Shown: positions 20,014 through 34,598 of the stretch, one piece after another
Layout of the letters: the number at the start of each line of letters is the position of its first letter
How positions within the stretch are numbered: position 1 is the stretch's first letter
NCBI GenBank assembly: GCA_965657485.1
Contig: CBFHPB010000004.1
Span: 1,947-65,946 of the forward strand
Direction of reading: 5' to 3'
DNA: 64,000 bases
From: Coraliomargaritaceae bacterium
GTDB lineage: Bacteria > Verrucomicrobiota > Verrucomicrobiia > Opitutales > Coraliomargaritaceae
The notes under the pieces: model-generated
Seen by the model: only the letters and a program-made list of their open reading frames with translations
Told to the model about the DNA's origin: nothing
Database searches by the model: none
Position numbers and translations under genes: made by a program

Positions 20014-20754
20014 ATGATGAAACTTGCCACCGTATTCGCTGGCTTATTGATGTCCTTTACCCTTCTCGCGAAGGATGACGTTCTGGCTTGGAAAGATCTT
20101 TTCAATGGCAAGAACCTTGAAGGATGGATTGATTTGAATACCTCTCCCGAGACTTGGTCGGTGAAGGATGGCCTGCTGATCTGTTCCGGCCTGCCGATCG
20201 GGGTAATGAGAAGTGAGAAGCAATATGAAAATTTCATTCTTCAGATCGAGTGGCGGCACATGAAGCCCGGCGGCAATTCCGGGATCTTCGCCTGGTGCGA
20301 TGCCGTGCCGTCGAAGAATCGACTGCCCAAGGGAATGGAGATCCAAATGCTGGAACTGGATTGGATCAACCAGCACCCGCTGAAGGATGGGAAACCCAAT
20401 CATGCTGGGTTCATCAGTGGTGAGCTATTTGGTGCGAATGGACTTACCTGCATCCCCGATAACCCCCGCGGCTCGCGGAGCATGTCGACTGAGTTCCGCT
20501 GCAAGCCTCAGGGGGAATGGAACAAGTATGTGGTCGTATGTGTGGACGGTGTGGTGAAATTGTCGATTAATGGAAAATTCGTGAATGGTGTGCGAAATTC
20601 TTCGGTCAAGAAGGGATACCTCTGCCTGGAGTCCGAGGGTTCGGAAATCCATTTCCGCAGTATTCGCATCATGGAACTGCCGGCTGGTAATGCCACGGCA
20701 GCAGAAACCGCTCCCCTCCTCGACGACGATTCGGGATCTTCAGAAGTCGATTAA
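20014..20754 (+). CDS. Secreted DUF1080 (3-keto-glycoside hydrolase/eliminase family) protein
   Basis: Signal peptide [10 protein letters not shown]..; [46 protein letters not shown]. Confidence 0.88.
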   Translation: MMKLATVFAGLLMSFTLLAKDDVLAWKDLFNGKNLEGWIDLNTSPETWSVKDGLLICSGLPIGVMRSEKQYENFILQIEWRHMKPGGNSGIFAWCDAVPSKNRLPKGMEIQMLELDWINQHPLKDGKPNHAGFISGELFGANGLTCIPDNPRGSRSMSTEFRCKPQGEWNKYVVVCVDGVVKLSINGKFVNGVRNSSVKKGYLCLESEGSEIHFRSIRIMELPAGNATAAETAPLLDDDSGSSEVD

Positions 20755-20809
20755 GCTTCGCACATCCACCGACACACTCCACAGTATCAACATCTCCATA
20801 AACCCAGTC

Positions 20810-22129
20810 ATGTCTCGATCACGCCGCCGATTCTTAAAGCAAAGCTCCGTAGGAGCTGGCATGCTCATCCTTCCGTCTGGAATTGTCTCAGGTCAGAGTT
20901 CCCCCAACAACAAACTCAATATCGCCCTGATCGGAACCGGAGGCAGAGCGATCGATCATTTCAAGTCGGTTGAGGGTGAGAACATCGTGGCGCTCTGTGA
21001 TGTCGACTCCAACCATTTAGCCAAGGCAGCGCTGAGGTTCTCCGGTGCCACTCACTACGAGGAATGGAGAAAGTGCCTCGATCACAAGGGGCTTGATGCG
21101 ATCGTCTGCTCAACTACCGACCACACCCATGCCATGATTTCGAATTGGGCGATGGCAAGGGAGATCCATGTGTATTGCGAAAAGCCCTTGGCCATCACTG
21201 TCGAAGAGGCCAGGACAGTGCGTGAAACTTATCTTTCCAACAAGGGCAAGCTGGCGACTCAGATCGGCACTCAGCTACATGCCAAGAATGGCTTCAGAAA
21301 AATCAAAGATCTGATTCGTGAGGGAGCGATCGGTGATTTGAAGTCGGTTTCCGCTTGGGGTAATCGGAAGAACCCGAGGCCTGCTTACTTGCCGGCCAAG
21401 GACAAGCCGCCCGCGCATCTCAACTATGATCTTTGGCTGGGGCCATCGAAGTTCCACCCCTATAATCCTGGTTACTTTGAACACGACGCCCCAGGTTCGA
21501 ATTGTCTCAACTGGAACATGTTCTGGGATTTCGGAGCCGGACAGGTAGGGGACATGGGCTCGCATACCATGGATTTCGTCTGGAATGCGATCGACGCTCG
21601 GGGGCCAAGCTCGGCAATGGCCAAGGGTGATCCCTTCAATGCGGATGTGACTCCCGTCAAGCTCGCGAGCCATTTCCAGATACCGGCCAATGAATGGCGC
21701 GGTGAAATCAAGGTTTCGTGGTTCCAAGGTGGAGCCATGCCAGAAGGTCCCGTGCCCGGGGTGTTTCGTGGAATTGCTCACGGTGCGATCTTTGAAGGAA
21801 CCGACGGTTGGTTAGTTTCGGATTATCGAGGCACTCACGCAATCATACCAAAGTCGGCGAAAGAGGGAGATCGATTCAAGCGGACTGCAGTCAAGGGCGG
21901 TTACAGTCATCAGGGCGAGTGGATTGAGGCTTGTAAGGGAGGTCCGATGACTTCTTGCAACTTCGACTACGCCAGTCGAATGATCGAGACCATGCTACTC
22001 GGTCTCGTCGCCTACCGCGCCGGTGGAAAGATCGACTACGATCTAGGTGCGGGTAAAGTGACCAACGATGAGAAGGCAAATGCCTTCTTGAGCCGGAGCT
22101 ACCGGGAAGGTTGGTCATTACAGGGCTGA
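20810..22129 (+). CDS. Tat-exported Gfo/Idh/MocA family oxidoreductase
   Basis: SRRRFLK signal; IALIGTGGRA, TTDHTHA, VYCEKPL, GDMGSHTMD. Confidence 0.9.
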   Translation: MSRSRRRFLKQSSVGAGMLILPSGIVSGQSSPNNKLNIALIGTGGRAIDHFKSVEGENIVALCDVDSNHLAKAALRFSGATHYEEWRKCLDHKGLDAIVCSTTDHTHAMISNWAMAREIHVYCEKPLAITVEEARTVRETYLSNKGKLATQIGTQLHAKNGFRKIKDLIREGAIGDLKSVSAWGNRKNPRPAYLPAKDKPPAHLNYDLWLGPSKFHPYNPGYFEHDAPGSNCLNWNMFWDFGAGQVGDMGSHTMDFVWNAIDARGPSSAMAKGDPFNADVTPVKLASHFQIPANEWRGEIKVSWFQGGAMPEGPVPGVFRGIAHGAIFEGTDGWLVSDYRGTHAIIPKSAKEGDRFKRTAVKGGYSHQGEWIEACKGGPMTSCNFDYASRMIETMLLGLVAYRAGGKIDYDLGAGKVTNDEKANAFLSRSYREGWSLQG

Positions 22130-22354
22130 CGCATCCGCCCCTTGTCCACTACAATAGGCTCGAACCGTTGCAGAATCCTCATCGACTACCGAGGTAGAAA
22201 CCGCCCCGGCGTTTCGATATGGCTCTAGCTTCAATTCAGACTACGAGTCTGCGAAGCGGATGCGACTGGATGGCTCTCCCCCTCTGCCTTTCACTTTGTG
22301 AAATCCGGTCTTGTCGTGCCGAAGCACTCTCAACAAAGTTCCACCTTTCCAGAC

Positions 22355-26389
<4,035 letters not shown>

Positions 26390-26582
26390 GAGCAAGACAA
26401 AACCCCTTTACTCGCCCTGCTCAGCTTCAGTAGCACAGATATAATACTGACTATTTCAGCTAACTTAGGCCACTAAAATGAGGCTTTTTATAGAAGTACT
26501 TTGACAGCTCGAAACCAAAATTATGCATTTTCATGCTATTTAGTATTGATTAATTAAAACTTTTCTATAACAAAAAAAACAA

Positions 26583-27146
26583 ATGAAATTTCATTTAAAC
26601 TCGTCATATTTGATACTTGCATACTTCTGCACATGCCTTAGCGCACAAGCTGCTATCGTTGTTTTCACAGCGAACGATGTGCAGTATGCGCTCACGCAGA
26701 CCACTTACTCTGCCACCAGCGATTGGAGCAGCAATGTATCGTCTGATCTCGTTGGACAAGAGGTTGCTGGCTCTGGTGAAACTATAACGAGCGCGTTTGT
26801 TGCAGATTGGACAGATCTTAAAACGAATTTTGCTGGAGATACGGCTGGCTTCATCTCCCTTTTAGGTGGGCAGTACGGTAATAGTGGGTATGTTCTATAT
26901 AACGGTGCCCAAACCATAAGCGGCTACGGTTATTTTGCAGAAGTGCATTTCGGAGATCCACCTGGTACAGGATGGTTTGTGATTGATACATTCGATAGTG
27001 GCCAAATAGATTTGGGCAGATGGACTGGTAATCGCTACATTGTGGCTGAGATTTCTACAGATCCTATACCAGTCCCAGAACCTGCAATGTTTGCTGCCTT
27101 CCTTGGCTTTTCAGCCCTACTTTTGCTCGCGCGCCGTCGCAGGTAG
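26583..27146 (+). CDS. PEP-CTERM sorting-domain protein
   Basis: Signal peptide; C-terminus PIPVPEPAMFAAFLGFSALLLLARRRR. Confidence 0.9.
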   Translation: MKFHLNSSYLILAYFCTCLSAQAAIVVFTANDVQYALTQTTYSATSDWSSNVSSDLVGQEVAGSGETITSAFVADWTDLKTNFAGDTAGFISLLGGQYGNSGYVLYNGAQTISGYGYFAEVHFGDPPGTGWFVIDTFDSGQIDLGRWTGNRYIVAEISTDPIPVPEPAMFAAFLGFSALLLLARRRR

Positions 27147-27220
27147 CAACAGCTTAAAGCGTTTTTGCGCTGTTTGCCTCTAGACAACTCATGTTTGTTA
27201 GCTGCTCACAGCCTAGATTA

Positions 27221-27955
27221 ATGAAGTTTAGATTTATTATCATTCTGCTGTCTGCTTCTTGCTTGCAGAGCCTGCAGGCGGCGACTCTTGTTTTTAATAG
27301 TGCCTTTAACGAGGCGTCGGAATTGAGCACGCAATTGGTTTACGAAAATAGACAAAATATTGCAGACTCTTTGACATTAACTAACGTTTCGGGGGGGGCC
27401 TTGGATGGCACCGTGCGGGCTACTGTTTTACAAAATGATGATCAGGGATCGGATGCTTTTACTGCCTATCTCGTCACTAGCTCGCAGCGGCCGACGTTCA
27501 CTCCGTCCTCTCAAGGTGCAATTGAAAGCCTAACATTTTCCATCGATCAGGCGAACATTCTGACTAATTTCGTACAAGCCCCACTCTATTTTCCGGCTCT
27601 GATTCAAAATGACACTATCTATCTGTGGGACACATTTATCAGAGAGAATAGCTCCACCTTAACTACATTCACCAAGACATTTACCAATCTAGATGATTTT
27701 GATCAGCTTCGTACCAGTGGAGCAACTGGAGTAGTCGATTTAGGAACCACGGGGGATGTGGATGCCACCATCACCGGCAGTGAGATTGAGTTTGCACTCA
27801 TTATAGCTGGCTCCACAAACTCTAACAATCACCGAGAAGGAGTTTTTGACAACGTCACATACAGCATCGACTATGCTGCAGTGCCTGAAGTTTCCAGTTT
27901 TTTCCCGCTAGTATTGAGTCTGGGTATGGCATTGGCTTTTAGGCGTCCAAGGTAG
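27221..27955 (+). CDS. PEP-CTERM-like sorting-domain protein (VPEV variant)
   Basis: Signal peptide MKFRFIIILLSASCLQSLQA; Thr/Ser/Asp-rich body; C-terminus AVPEVSSFFPLVLSLGMALAFRRPR. Confidence 0.8.
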   Translation: MKFRFIIILLSASCLQSLQAATLVFNSAFNEASELSTQLVYENRQNIADSLTLTNVSGGALDGTVRATVLQNDDQGSDAFTAYLVTSSQRPTFTPSSQGAIESLTFSIDQANILTNFVQAPLYFPALIQNDTIYLWDTFIRENSSTLTTFTKTFTNLDDFDQLRTSGATGVVDLGTTGDVDATITGSEIEFALIIAGSTNSNNHREGVFDNVTYSIDYAAVPEVSSFFPLVLSLGMALAFRRPR

Positions 27956-28043
27956 TCAATTTTAGTCAGAGTCCCCGAAGTTATGGCATATTAACTTCAT
28001 TGCGTCACAACACTATCTGATTGGGGCACACACGGGCGCGATA

Positions 28044-28572
28044 TCATGTCGCACAACAGTCGAGGAAGCAAAAGCTGATTAGTTGGCCAGCGGCAAAAGC
28101 TTCGCCGATGCTGAAGTCGTCAAAAGTGTTGATGGCAGTCGATTGTTTGAGTTGGTAAGTGTTGCCACCAACAAATACCAATTCGGCTTCGGTCGCGGTT
28201 TCTTTGATTGCCCGCAGGTCAATAGCCGTAAATGTGCCAGCCGTGTCGTAAGAGAAGATGAGCGCTTGGCTACCGTCCCGGTTGTCTATGTGATAATAGC
28301 AAGTCGTTTGTATCTCCCGTCTGGTCGATACAGAAACCGTTGACGGTTCAATTCATGACGGCAGCACCCGGGACTGAAGCTGAAGCGCTGAGAGTGACTC
28401 CGTCAACACTTGAGCTTCCGGATGCAAGCCCGTTCAGGTCGGCTCCGGAGGCTAGGGGCTTGGAGCCATCGTGAAAAACAAAAGTCACTGTGATCACGCC
28501 TGAGCATAAGTTGAAGGTTCCAGTTACGAGCAGCAGAATCAGTGCGGGTCGAAGATGCCAAAAACAACACAT
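28044..28572 (-). pseudogene. Disrupted secreted protein similar in style to the PEP-CTERM bodies
   Basis: Signal peptide then TGA at 28350-28348; the frame continues TVNGFCIDQTGDTND and after a frameshift IDNRDGSQALIFSYDTAGTFTAIDLRAI..; no intact sorting tail found. Confidence 0.55.
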
Positions 28573-28685
28573 ACTCTAGGCAATAGTCTTTTCGCGGAAA
28601 TAGAAAATCCAAAAGAAAAACCGGAGGTATGCTTACCTCGAAAGGTGTCATGCGTAGAATATTAAGCACATAGTACTGAAAGCGA

Positions 28686-29528
28686 TTATTTCAGCGTTTC
28701 CAAATACCCGAGAGAAACGAGAAAACGGTCCATATCGCGAATGGTCGGCTCGTAGTATTTCTTTCCGTAATTAAAGAATCCGTGAGTCTGATCTTTGTAG
28801 AGGTAGACATCGCAGCGAAGGCCCAGAGCCTCCATACGGCGCTTATACTCTTCCGCCGCGGGAACCGGTATAACATTGTCTCTGGTGCCCAGTAAAAGAA
28901 CGGTGGGAGGCGTGTTTTTGTGAATACTGTGGATTGGGGATATTTTCTCCCAATAGTCTTTCATTCTCTCATGCTGAAAACCTGTGGGACCGACGTCGAG
29001 GACCGGATTAAAAAGGACCAGCGCGGAGGGTCGCGACGATACACTGAGATCTTCCCCCTCTTCTTCAAAATATTCTATTGTCCCTGTCGCAGCGGCAATA
29101 TGCCCACCAGCAGACGCACCCGCTGCGAGAATGCTGTCTGGATCGATACCGCGCTCAGCCGCATTGCTACGAATCCACCTCACCGCGGATTTTGCATCCT
29201 TAACACACTCTATGGGGGTGGTCTTATTTCTATACCTGACTCGGTATTCTGCAGATAGAGCCACCATGCCCCGGGAAGCCAAATACTCACATTGAGGAAA
29301 GAACTGACTGGGAGAGCCCTCGTTCCAGCCGCCACCAAAGAAAAATACGATGCCCGGACGAAGGTCTGTTACTTTATGGCCTTCGGGGTAGAAGATATGA
29401 AGTTTTAGCTCTGTGTCGCCAATAGTTTTATAGACCAGACTGTCATCCGGTGAGAAGCCTTTGATTTCAACCGCATAAGCCGTCAGCGTGAATAGGCATG
29501 TTAGGGCTAAGAGTAACGGTCGATTCAT
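28686..29528 (-). CDS. Secreted alpha/beta hydrolase (carboxylesterase-like)
   Basis: Signal MNRPLLLALTCLFTLTAYA; FFFGGGW, nucleophile elbow GASAGGH, GTRD and HGFFN catalytic motifs. Confidence 0.88.
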   Translation of the reverse strand: MNRPLLLALTCLFTLTAYAVEIKGFSPDDSLVYKTIGDTELKLHIFYPEGHKVTDLRPGIVFFFGGGWNEGSPSQFFPQCEYLASRGMVALSAEYRVRYRNKTTPIECVKDAKSAVRWIRSNAAERGIDPDSILAAGASAGGHIAAATGTIEYFEEEGEDLSVSSRPSALVLFNPVLDVGPTGFQHERMKDYWEKISPIHSIHKNTPPTVLLLGTRDNVIPVPAAEEYKRRMEALGLRCDVYLYKDQTHGFFNYGKKYYEPTIRDMDRFLVSLGYLETLK

Positions 29529-29562
29529 TGGACTTTTGGAGTGGTAGAGACTGTTTCTGGCT

Positions 29563-30411
<849 letters not shown>

Positions 30412-30885
30412 ACTGTCGACACGGCAGCAAAAAGGAGCAAACGCAAAATATGTATCACGCGTAAAAAGGGATCCTATAGTAGTATTTGCTACTAGTTTAG
30501 AGCATTAGCTTTAAACTAAGCCACTTAAGCAGAGCCCTAATCTATAGTGGCCTGCCAAAAAGGGATGAAGAATGGCCATCACGGAAGCGGTGGTAGAGAG
30601 GTAGAAGCTTATGCCCCATATTTTGGCATCCCACAAAAAATAAAACTTCCTCGTTTATTGTATATACGGGTTCCAAATAATTGGCATGCCGTGTTTACTG
30701 AATAAGCGCTCGTGGTTTTGAGCAACTTATTCGCCAAGGCTTGAGCAAAAACGCTACAGACATTTTTTTACACCAGCTCACAAATACATTCCTTTTTTCT
30801 TGCTCACCCCCAAATTCCATCTAATTGAGGACATCTTCATATCCACGACAACGTCCGCCATCACACTTAGTCCCTCATTACACTT

Positions 30886-31842
30886 ATGAAAACAGCCTAT
30901 AACTCCTTCATTGCAGCTGGCCTTATGGCCGCTTCCTCCGCCTCGGCTGCCATCATCATCGACACTGTCTTCGTCGGCGATGCAGGCAATGCGAACGACC
31001 CGACGACTGACTACGGCGCTGTGAATTACAACTATCACATCGGCACCTATGAGGTAACTAACAGCCAATACACGGCCTTTTTAAATGCGACTGCGAAGAC
31101 CGATACGCATTCTCTCTACAACACGAACATGGGCTCCAACTCCAATGGCGGCATCAATCGTTCAGGCAGTGATGGGAGCTACACATACACAGTAAAGGCA
31201 GGCTTCGATAACAAGCCGGTTAACTACGTCAGCTTCTGGGATGCGGCCCGCTTTAGTAACTGGTTGACCACAGGCGGCACTGAGACAGGCGTTTACAATC
31301 TGAACGGCACGACAAATCCAACGAACGAAACGGTCACTCGTGATGAAACGTTTTGGGGCAGTGGCGGCGTGGCGGTCGCCAGCGAGAATGAGTGGTATAA
31401 GGCAGCGTATTATCAGCCAGTGGGTGCTGGTGGCGATACCGACAGCTACTGGCTTTATCCCACACAGAGCAACAGCATCGAATTCGCGGATGCTAACTAT
31501 TCCAACTATGTAGGATCGCTGACGGACGTGGGCACTTATTCCACAGAGCCGAGCTACTACGGCACCTTTGATCAAGGCGGCAACTTGCAGGAGTTGAATG
31601 ACTCTATCGTGAGCTCTAATCGCGTGCGGCGCGGAGGAACATACGACGGTTTCGATTTGGGCGGCATCGGCCTACGTTCCTCGACCCGTAACACGATTAG
31701 TCCGACCAGCGAGTCCAATAACATCGGATTCCGCGTCACCAGCCTCGCGCCTATTCCTGAACCTTCTGCGTATGCTGGGATCTTGGGCTGCCTGGGACTT
31801 GGGCTGGCACTGTCGAGGCGCAAAGGGCGCAGCACCCTTTGA
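30886..31842 (+). CDS. PEP-CTERM protein with formylglycine-generating-enzyme-like (SUMF1/EgtB/PvdO) domain
   Basis: IGTYEVTNSQYTAFLN, KPVNYVSFWDAARFSNWL, ENEWYKAAY, GTFDQGGNLQE, IGFRV; tail PIPEPSAYAGILGCLGLGLALSRRK. Confidence 0.9.
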   Translation: MKTAYNSFIAAGLMAASSASAAIIIDTVFVGDAGNANDPTTDYGAVNYNYHIGTYEVTNSQYTAFLNATAKTDTHSLYNTNMGSNSNGGINRSGSDGSYTYTVKAGFDNKPVNYVSFWDAARFSNWLTTGGTETGVYNLNGTTNPTNETVTRDETFWGSGGVAVASENEWYKAAYYQPVGAGGDTDSYWLYPTQSNSIEFADANYSNYVGSLTDVGTYSTEPSYYGTFDQGGNLQELNDSIVSSNRVRRGGTYDGFDLGGIGLRSSTRNTISPTSESNNIGFRVTSLAPIPEPSAYAGILGCLGLGLALSRRKGRSTL

Positions 31843-31887
31843 TGTATACTATTACCTTTTTACCCCGCAAAGCGGGGTCGAATTTCC

Positions 31888-31916
31888 AAGTCTCCGCCCG
31901 CAGGCGGAGACTTTTT
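31888..31916 (+). terminator. Rho-independent terminator
   Basis: AAGTCTCCGCC-CGCA-GGCGGAGACTT plus T run; a second hairpin ACCCCGC-AAA-GCGGGGT lies at 31862-31878. Confidence 0.8.
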
Positions 31917-31989
31917 CATTACAAAAAACCCAGTTAAATTCCTTCCTCAGTGTCTACGTCTCCGCGTTACGAGCTCCTTCTGTGAGCAG

Positions 31990-32023
31990 CACTAGTGTCC
32001 AAAACAGGTTTTGGACACTAGTG
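31990..32023. repeat. Perfect 16-bp inverted repeat with 2-nt spacer
   Basis: CACTAGTGTCCAAAAC-AG-GTTTTGGACACTAGTG. Confidence 0.85.
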
Positions 32024-32029
32024 TTCCCG

Positions 32030-32350
32030 CCGTTTTTTTTTAGAATCTCGTTCATCCGCTTCTGCTTGGCCAACTCCTTGCGCAGCGGCGCCAGCTCTGC
32101 GGCCATCGCCGTCGGATCCTGAGCCCCCTCAGGCGCGTTTTCCTCCAGCTCGGACAGGATGCCTCTGTTTCCAGCTGTAAAGAACCCCCTCGGGCACTCC
32201 TGGCTGCTGTGAGACCTCTTTGACCGGAGTCCCGTCGATTATTATCATTTTTGCCGCTTCTTTTTTAAACTCGGCTGTGTAACGTCGTTTCTTCATGGTT
32301 GGATCCTCTCGTTAAGAGAATCCCGTGTCCACTTTTCTCAGGCCAGATCA
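32030..32350 (-). mobile_element. IS3-family remnant (left IR plus frameshifted orfA; orfB absent)
   Basis: IR TGATCTGGCCTGAGAAAAGTGGACAC (32350-32325); MKKRRYTAEFKKEAAKMIIIDG..VLYSWK, one frameshift, then AELAPLRKELAKQKRMNEILKK ending at an A9 run. Confidence 0.85.
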
Positions 32351-32505
32351 GCCTACGAATTATAGCGACAAAGAGGTGATTTGCTGATAATGCTCGAGTT
32401 GTATCGATTTTTAGCGACATCGCCCATTTTCTCCTATATGACCCGACTTGCAAAGCCAGCAAACGGCCGGCGATGCAGTATTACACAGTAAAGAAATATC
32501 ATTAT

Positions 32506-32709
32506 ATGAGCACAGGAACAGTTAAATGGTTCGACGCCGAAAAAGGCTACGGATTCATCCAACCCGAAGACGGAAGCAAAGATCTCTTTGTCCATCACTC
32601 CGAAATCCAGGTCGACGGCTACGCTAAGCTAGAAGACGGCCAACAAGTCGAATTTGAAGTCGGCAGTGGCCCCAAAGGCCCTTGCGCGACTCAGGTGAAA
32701 CCTGCCTAA
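32506..32709 (+). CDS. cspA: Cold-shock protein
   Basis: [15 protein letters not shown] and DLFVHHS RNP motifs; the symbol denotes the family, not a specific paralogue. Confidence 0.95.
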   Translation: MSTGTVKWFDAEKGYGFIQPEDGSKDLFVHHSEIQVDGYAKLEDGQQVEFEVGSGPKGPCATQVKPA

Positions 32710-32737
32710 TTCGAGCAGTAAACACTTTCGCAAGACC

Positions 32738-32769
32738 AGCTCCCCTTCCAAACAGAAGGGGAGCTTTTT
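32738..32769 (+). terminator. Rho-independent terminator after the csp gene
   Basis: AGCTCCCCTTC-CAAACA-GAAGGGGAGCT followed by Ts. Confidence 0.85.
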
Positions 32770-32826
32770 ATTGTCTGGGTCCAATGGTGACCTAAACCAC
32801 TCTACCAGAATTAAATCAAAACGGTA

Positions 32827-33738
32827 TTAAGCAGTTAATTTGACCCGAACCTGCTCCAAGCGTTCTCGTGCAGCGTTCAGACCACCGTAACCACCGTATT
32901 CGATCCCACAGTGACCTCGAAAACCGGTGTCGGTGACCAGCTTGAGCATGCGCTCAAAATCCATCGGCGATTGCTTGCCTTCGTCGTCCCAGACATTGTC
33001 TTTGATCGACACACCCTTGGCCCACTTCATGAGTTTCTTCACACCACGATAGGAATCATAGGACTGGCCATTCTTAATCTTAAAGTTGCCCGTATCAGGC
33101 AAGGTACCACAGTTAGGGTGGTCCACCTGTGTCATGACTTCCGCCAACCAATCGGCGTTACTGGAAAGGCCGCCGTGATTCTCCACGATTACGTTCAAGC
33201 CCATCGACGCACCGTGCTCGGTAAGGCGGGCCAGCCCGTCCGCCACAAGCTCAACTTGACGCGCCCAACTGCCTGAACTGCCGGCATTGACGCGTATCGA
33301 ATGGCAGCCAAGAAACTTGGCCGCATCAAGCCACTTGCGGTGATTCTCAACGGTTTGGGCACGTTTTTTTTCATCGGGGTCACCAATGTTACCCTCGCCA
33401 TCACACATGATGAGTAGACTGCGGACACCTAGATCGGCCGCACGTTTTTTCATCTCGCCAAGATATTTCATGTCCTTCGCTTTATCCATGAAGAACTGGT
33501 TCACGTATTCGACCGCATAGATCTTATGGTCGGTCGCCACTTTAGCGAAATCCAGGTTATCAATCTTACCGGAAAACAACTCGCGGTTGATCGTCCATTG
33601 AGCAAGCGAGATTTCAAATAAGGGCGATACCTTCTCCTGCCCGAACATATGAGGTAGTACGGTAAGGGCTCCGGCAGCGATGCTGGCCCGACGAATAAAT
33701 TGGCGACGTGGTATCGCAGTAGTCAAAGAAGTCTTCAT
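32827..33738 (-). CDS. Tat-exported sugar phosphate isomerase/epimerase family (xylose-isomerase-like TIM barrel)
   Basis: PRRQFI signal; SLAQWT, VENHGGLSS, TLPDTGNF, GIEY. Confidence 0.88.
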   Translation of the reverse strand: MKTSLTTAIPRRQFIRRASIAAGALTVLPHMFGQEKVSPLFEISLAQWTINRELFSGKIDNLDFAKVATDHKIYAVEYVNQFFMDKAKDMKYLGEMKKRAADLGVRSLLIMCDGEGNIGDPDEKKRAQTVENHRKWLDAAKFLGCHSIRVNAGSSGSWARQVELVADGLARLTEHGASMGLNVIVENHGGLSSNADWLAEVMTQVDHPNCGTLPDTGNFKIKNGQSYDSYRGVKKLMKWAKGVSIKDNVWDDEGKQSPMDFERMLKLVTDTGFRGHCGIEYGGYGGLNAARERLEQVRVKLTA

Positions 33739-33970
33739 GTTGGCCTAATTTGCATAGTATGCTTGGATTGCCAATAATATTGCACACATGTCTGGTTACG
33801 TACGAGAACCATTCCAATGGCTTTCCTGCCGTAGAAGTCCAAGGCGAAATCGACGATGTAAAGTGCGACTAGCAAACGTTCTACAAACTCAGAGAAACAT
33901 AGACGGCCTCCGATTGTATTCCAAAATAAACTGGTGCTGCGCTAATCCCTTATCATATGCTTGGAAACGC

Positions 33971-34597
33971 ATGCACCCCCTACATCTCGTATTTCTCATT
34001 CCCCTCTTTTTATCTGCTGGATGCTCACTGAAAGCTCAGAATCCATTACATGGTGGACACAGTCCGACGGATTGGATGGGCGACGTTGAAAGCTACGACT
34101 TTAAGGATGGAGAGATCCGTTGCCGAAAAGACCGTAGCGGTGTGATTTACACGAAGAAGCAATACACAGACTTCGTCGTCAGCTTAGAGTTTCAACTTCC
34201 GAAAGGGGGCAACAATGGCCTAGCCATTCGCTATTCGGGAGAAGGCAACCCTGCCTACGACGGCATGTGTGAACTACAAGTTCTGGATAATACGGCTGAG
34301 AAATACGCGAAACTCGATATTCGCCAGTATCATGGTTCCGCTTACGGCATGGTCGCAGCGAAACGAGGATACCTCAAACCGATCGGCGAATGGAACAGTC
34401 AGACAGTGACCATAATCGGCTCGAAGATCCAAGTCGTACTAAATGGCGAGCTGATACTTGACGCAGATCTTTCCAAGGTCACCGAGTTTATGGGCAATAG
34501 TACCTATGCAGGTAGAACGCGCACTAAAGGTCATTTTGGTTTTGCTGGACATCACAGTCCGGTCGCCTTTCGTAATATTATCATAACAGAACTGTAA
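33971..34597 (+). CDS. Secreted DUF1080 protein
   Basis: Signal/lipobox-like LSAGC; GGNNGLAIR, ELQVLD, YHGSAYG, GEWN, VAFRNI; ATG at 33971. Confidence 0.88.
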   Translation: MHPLHLVFLIPLFLSAGCSLKAQNPLHGGHSPTDWMGDVESYDFKDGEIRCRKDRSGVIYTKKQYTDFVVSLEFQLPKGGNNGLAIRYSGEGNPAYDGMCELQVLDNTAEKYAKLDIRQYHGSAYGMVAAKRGYLKPIGEWNSQTVTIIGSKIQVVLNGELILDADLSKVTEFMGNSTYAGRTRTKGHFGFAGHHSPVAFRNIIITEL

Positions 34598-34598
34598 G

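Noticed and set aside
22130-22354. ZTP or purine riboswitch upstream of purL
   Set aside because: Only a short CGACTGG match; the conserved stems and 3' pseudoknot element are not present.
27701-27727. SGAT in the second PEP-CTERM protein (and FSGAT in the 20810 oxidoreductase) as ApbE flavinylation sites
   Set aside because: The Asp expected three residues before Ser is missing (Leu in both).
30412-30885. Sigma-54 promoter upstream of the FGE-like PEP-CTERM gene
   Set aside because: TGGCA hits lack TTGC at the required -12 spacing.
33790-33960. Possible AraC C-terminal remnant (SHFT..GKPLEW) on the minus strand
   Set aside because: Needs several frameshifts and stops; similarity too weak to support by eye.
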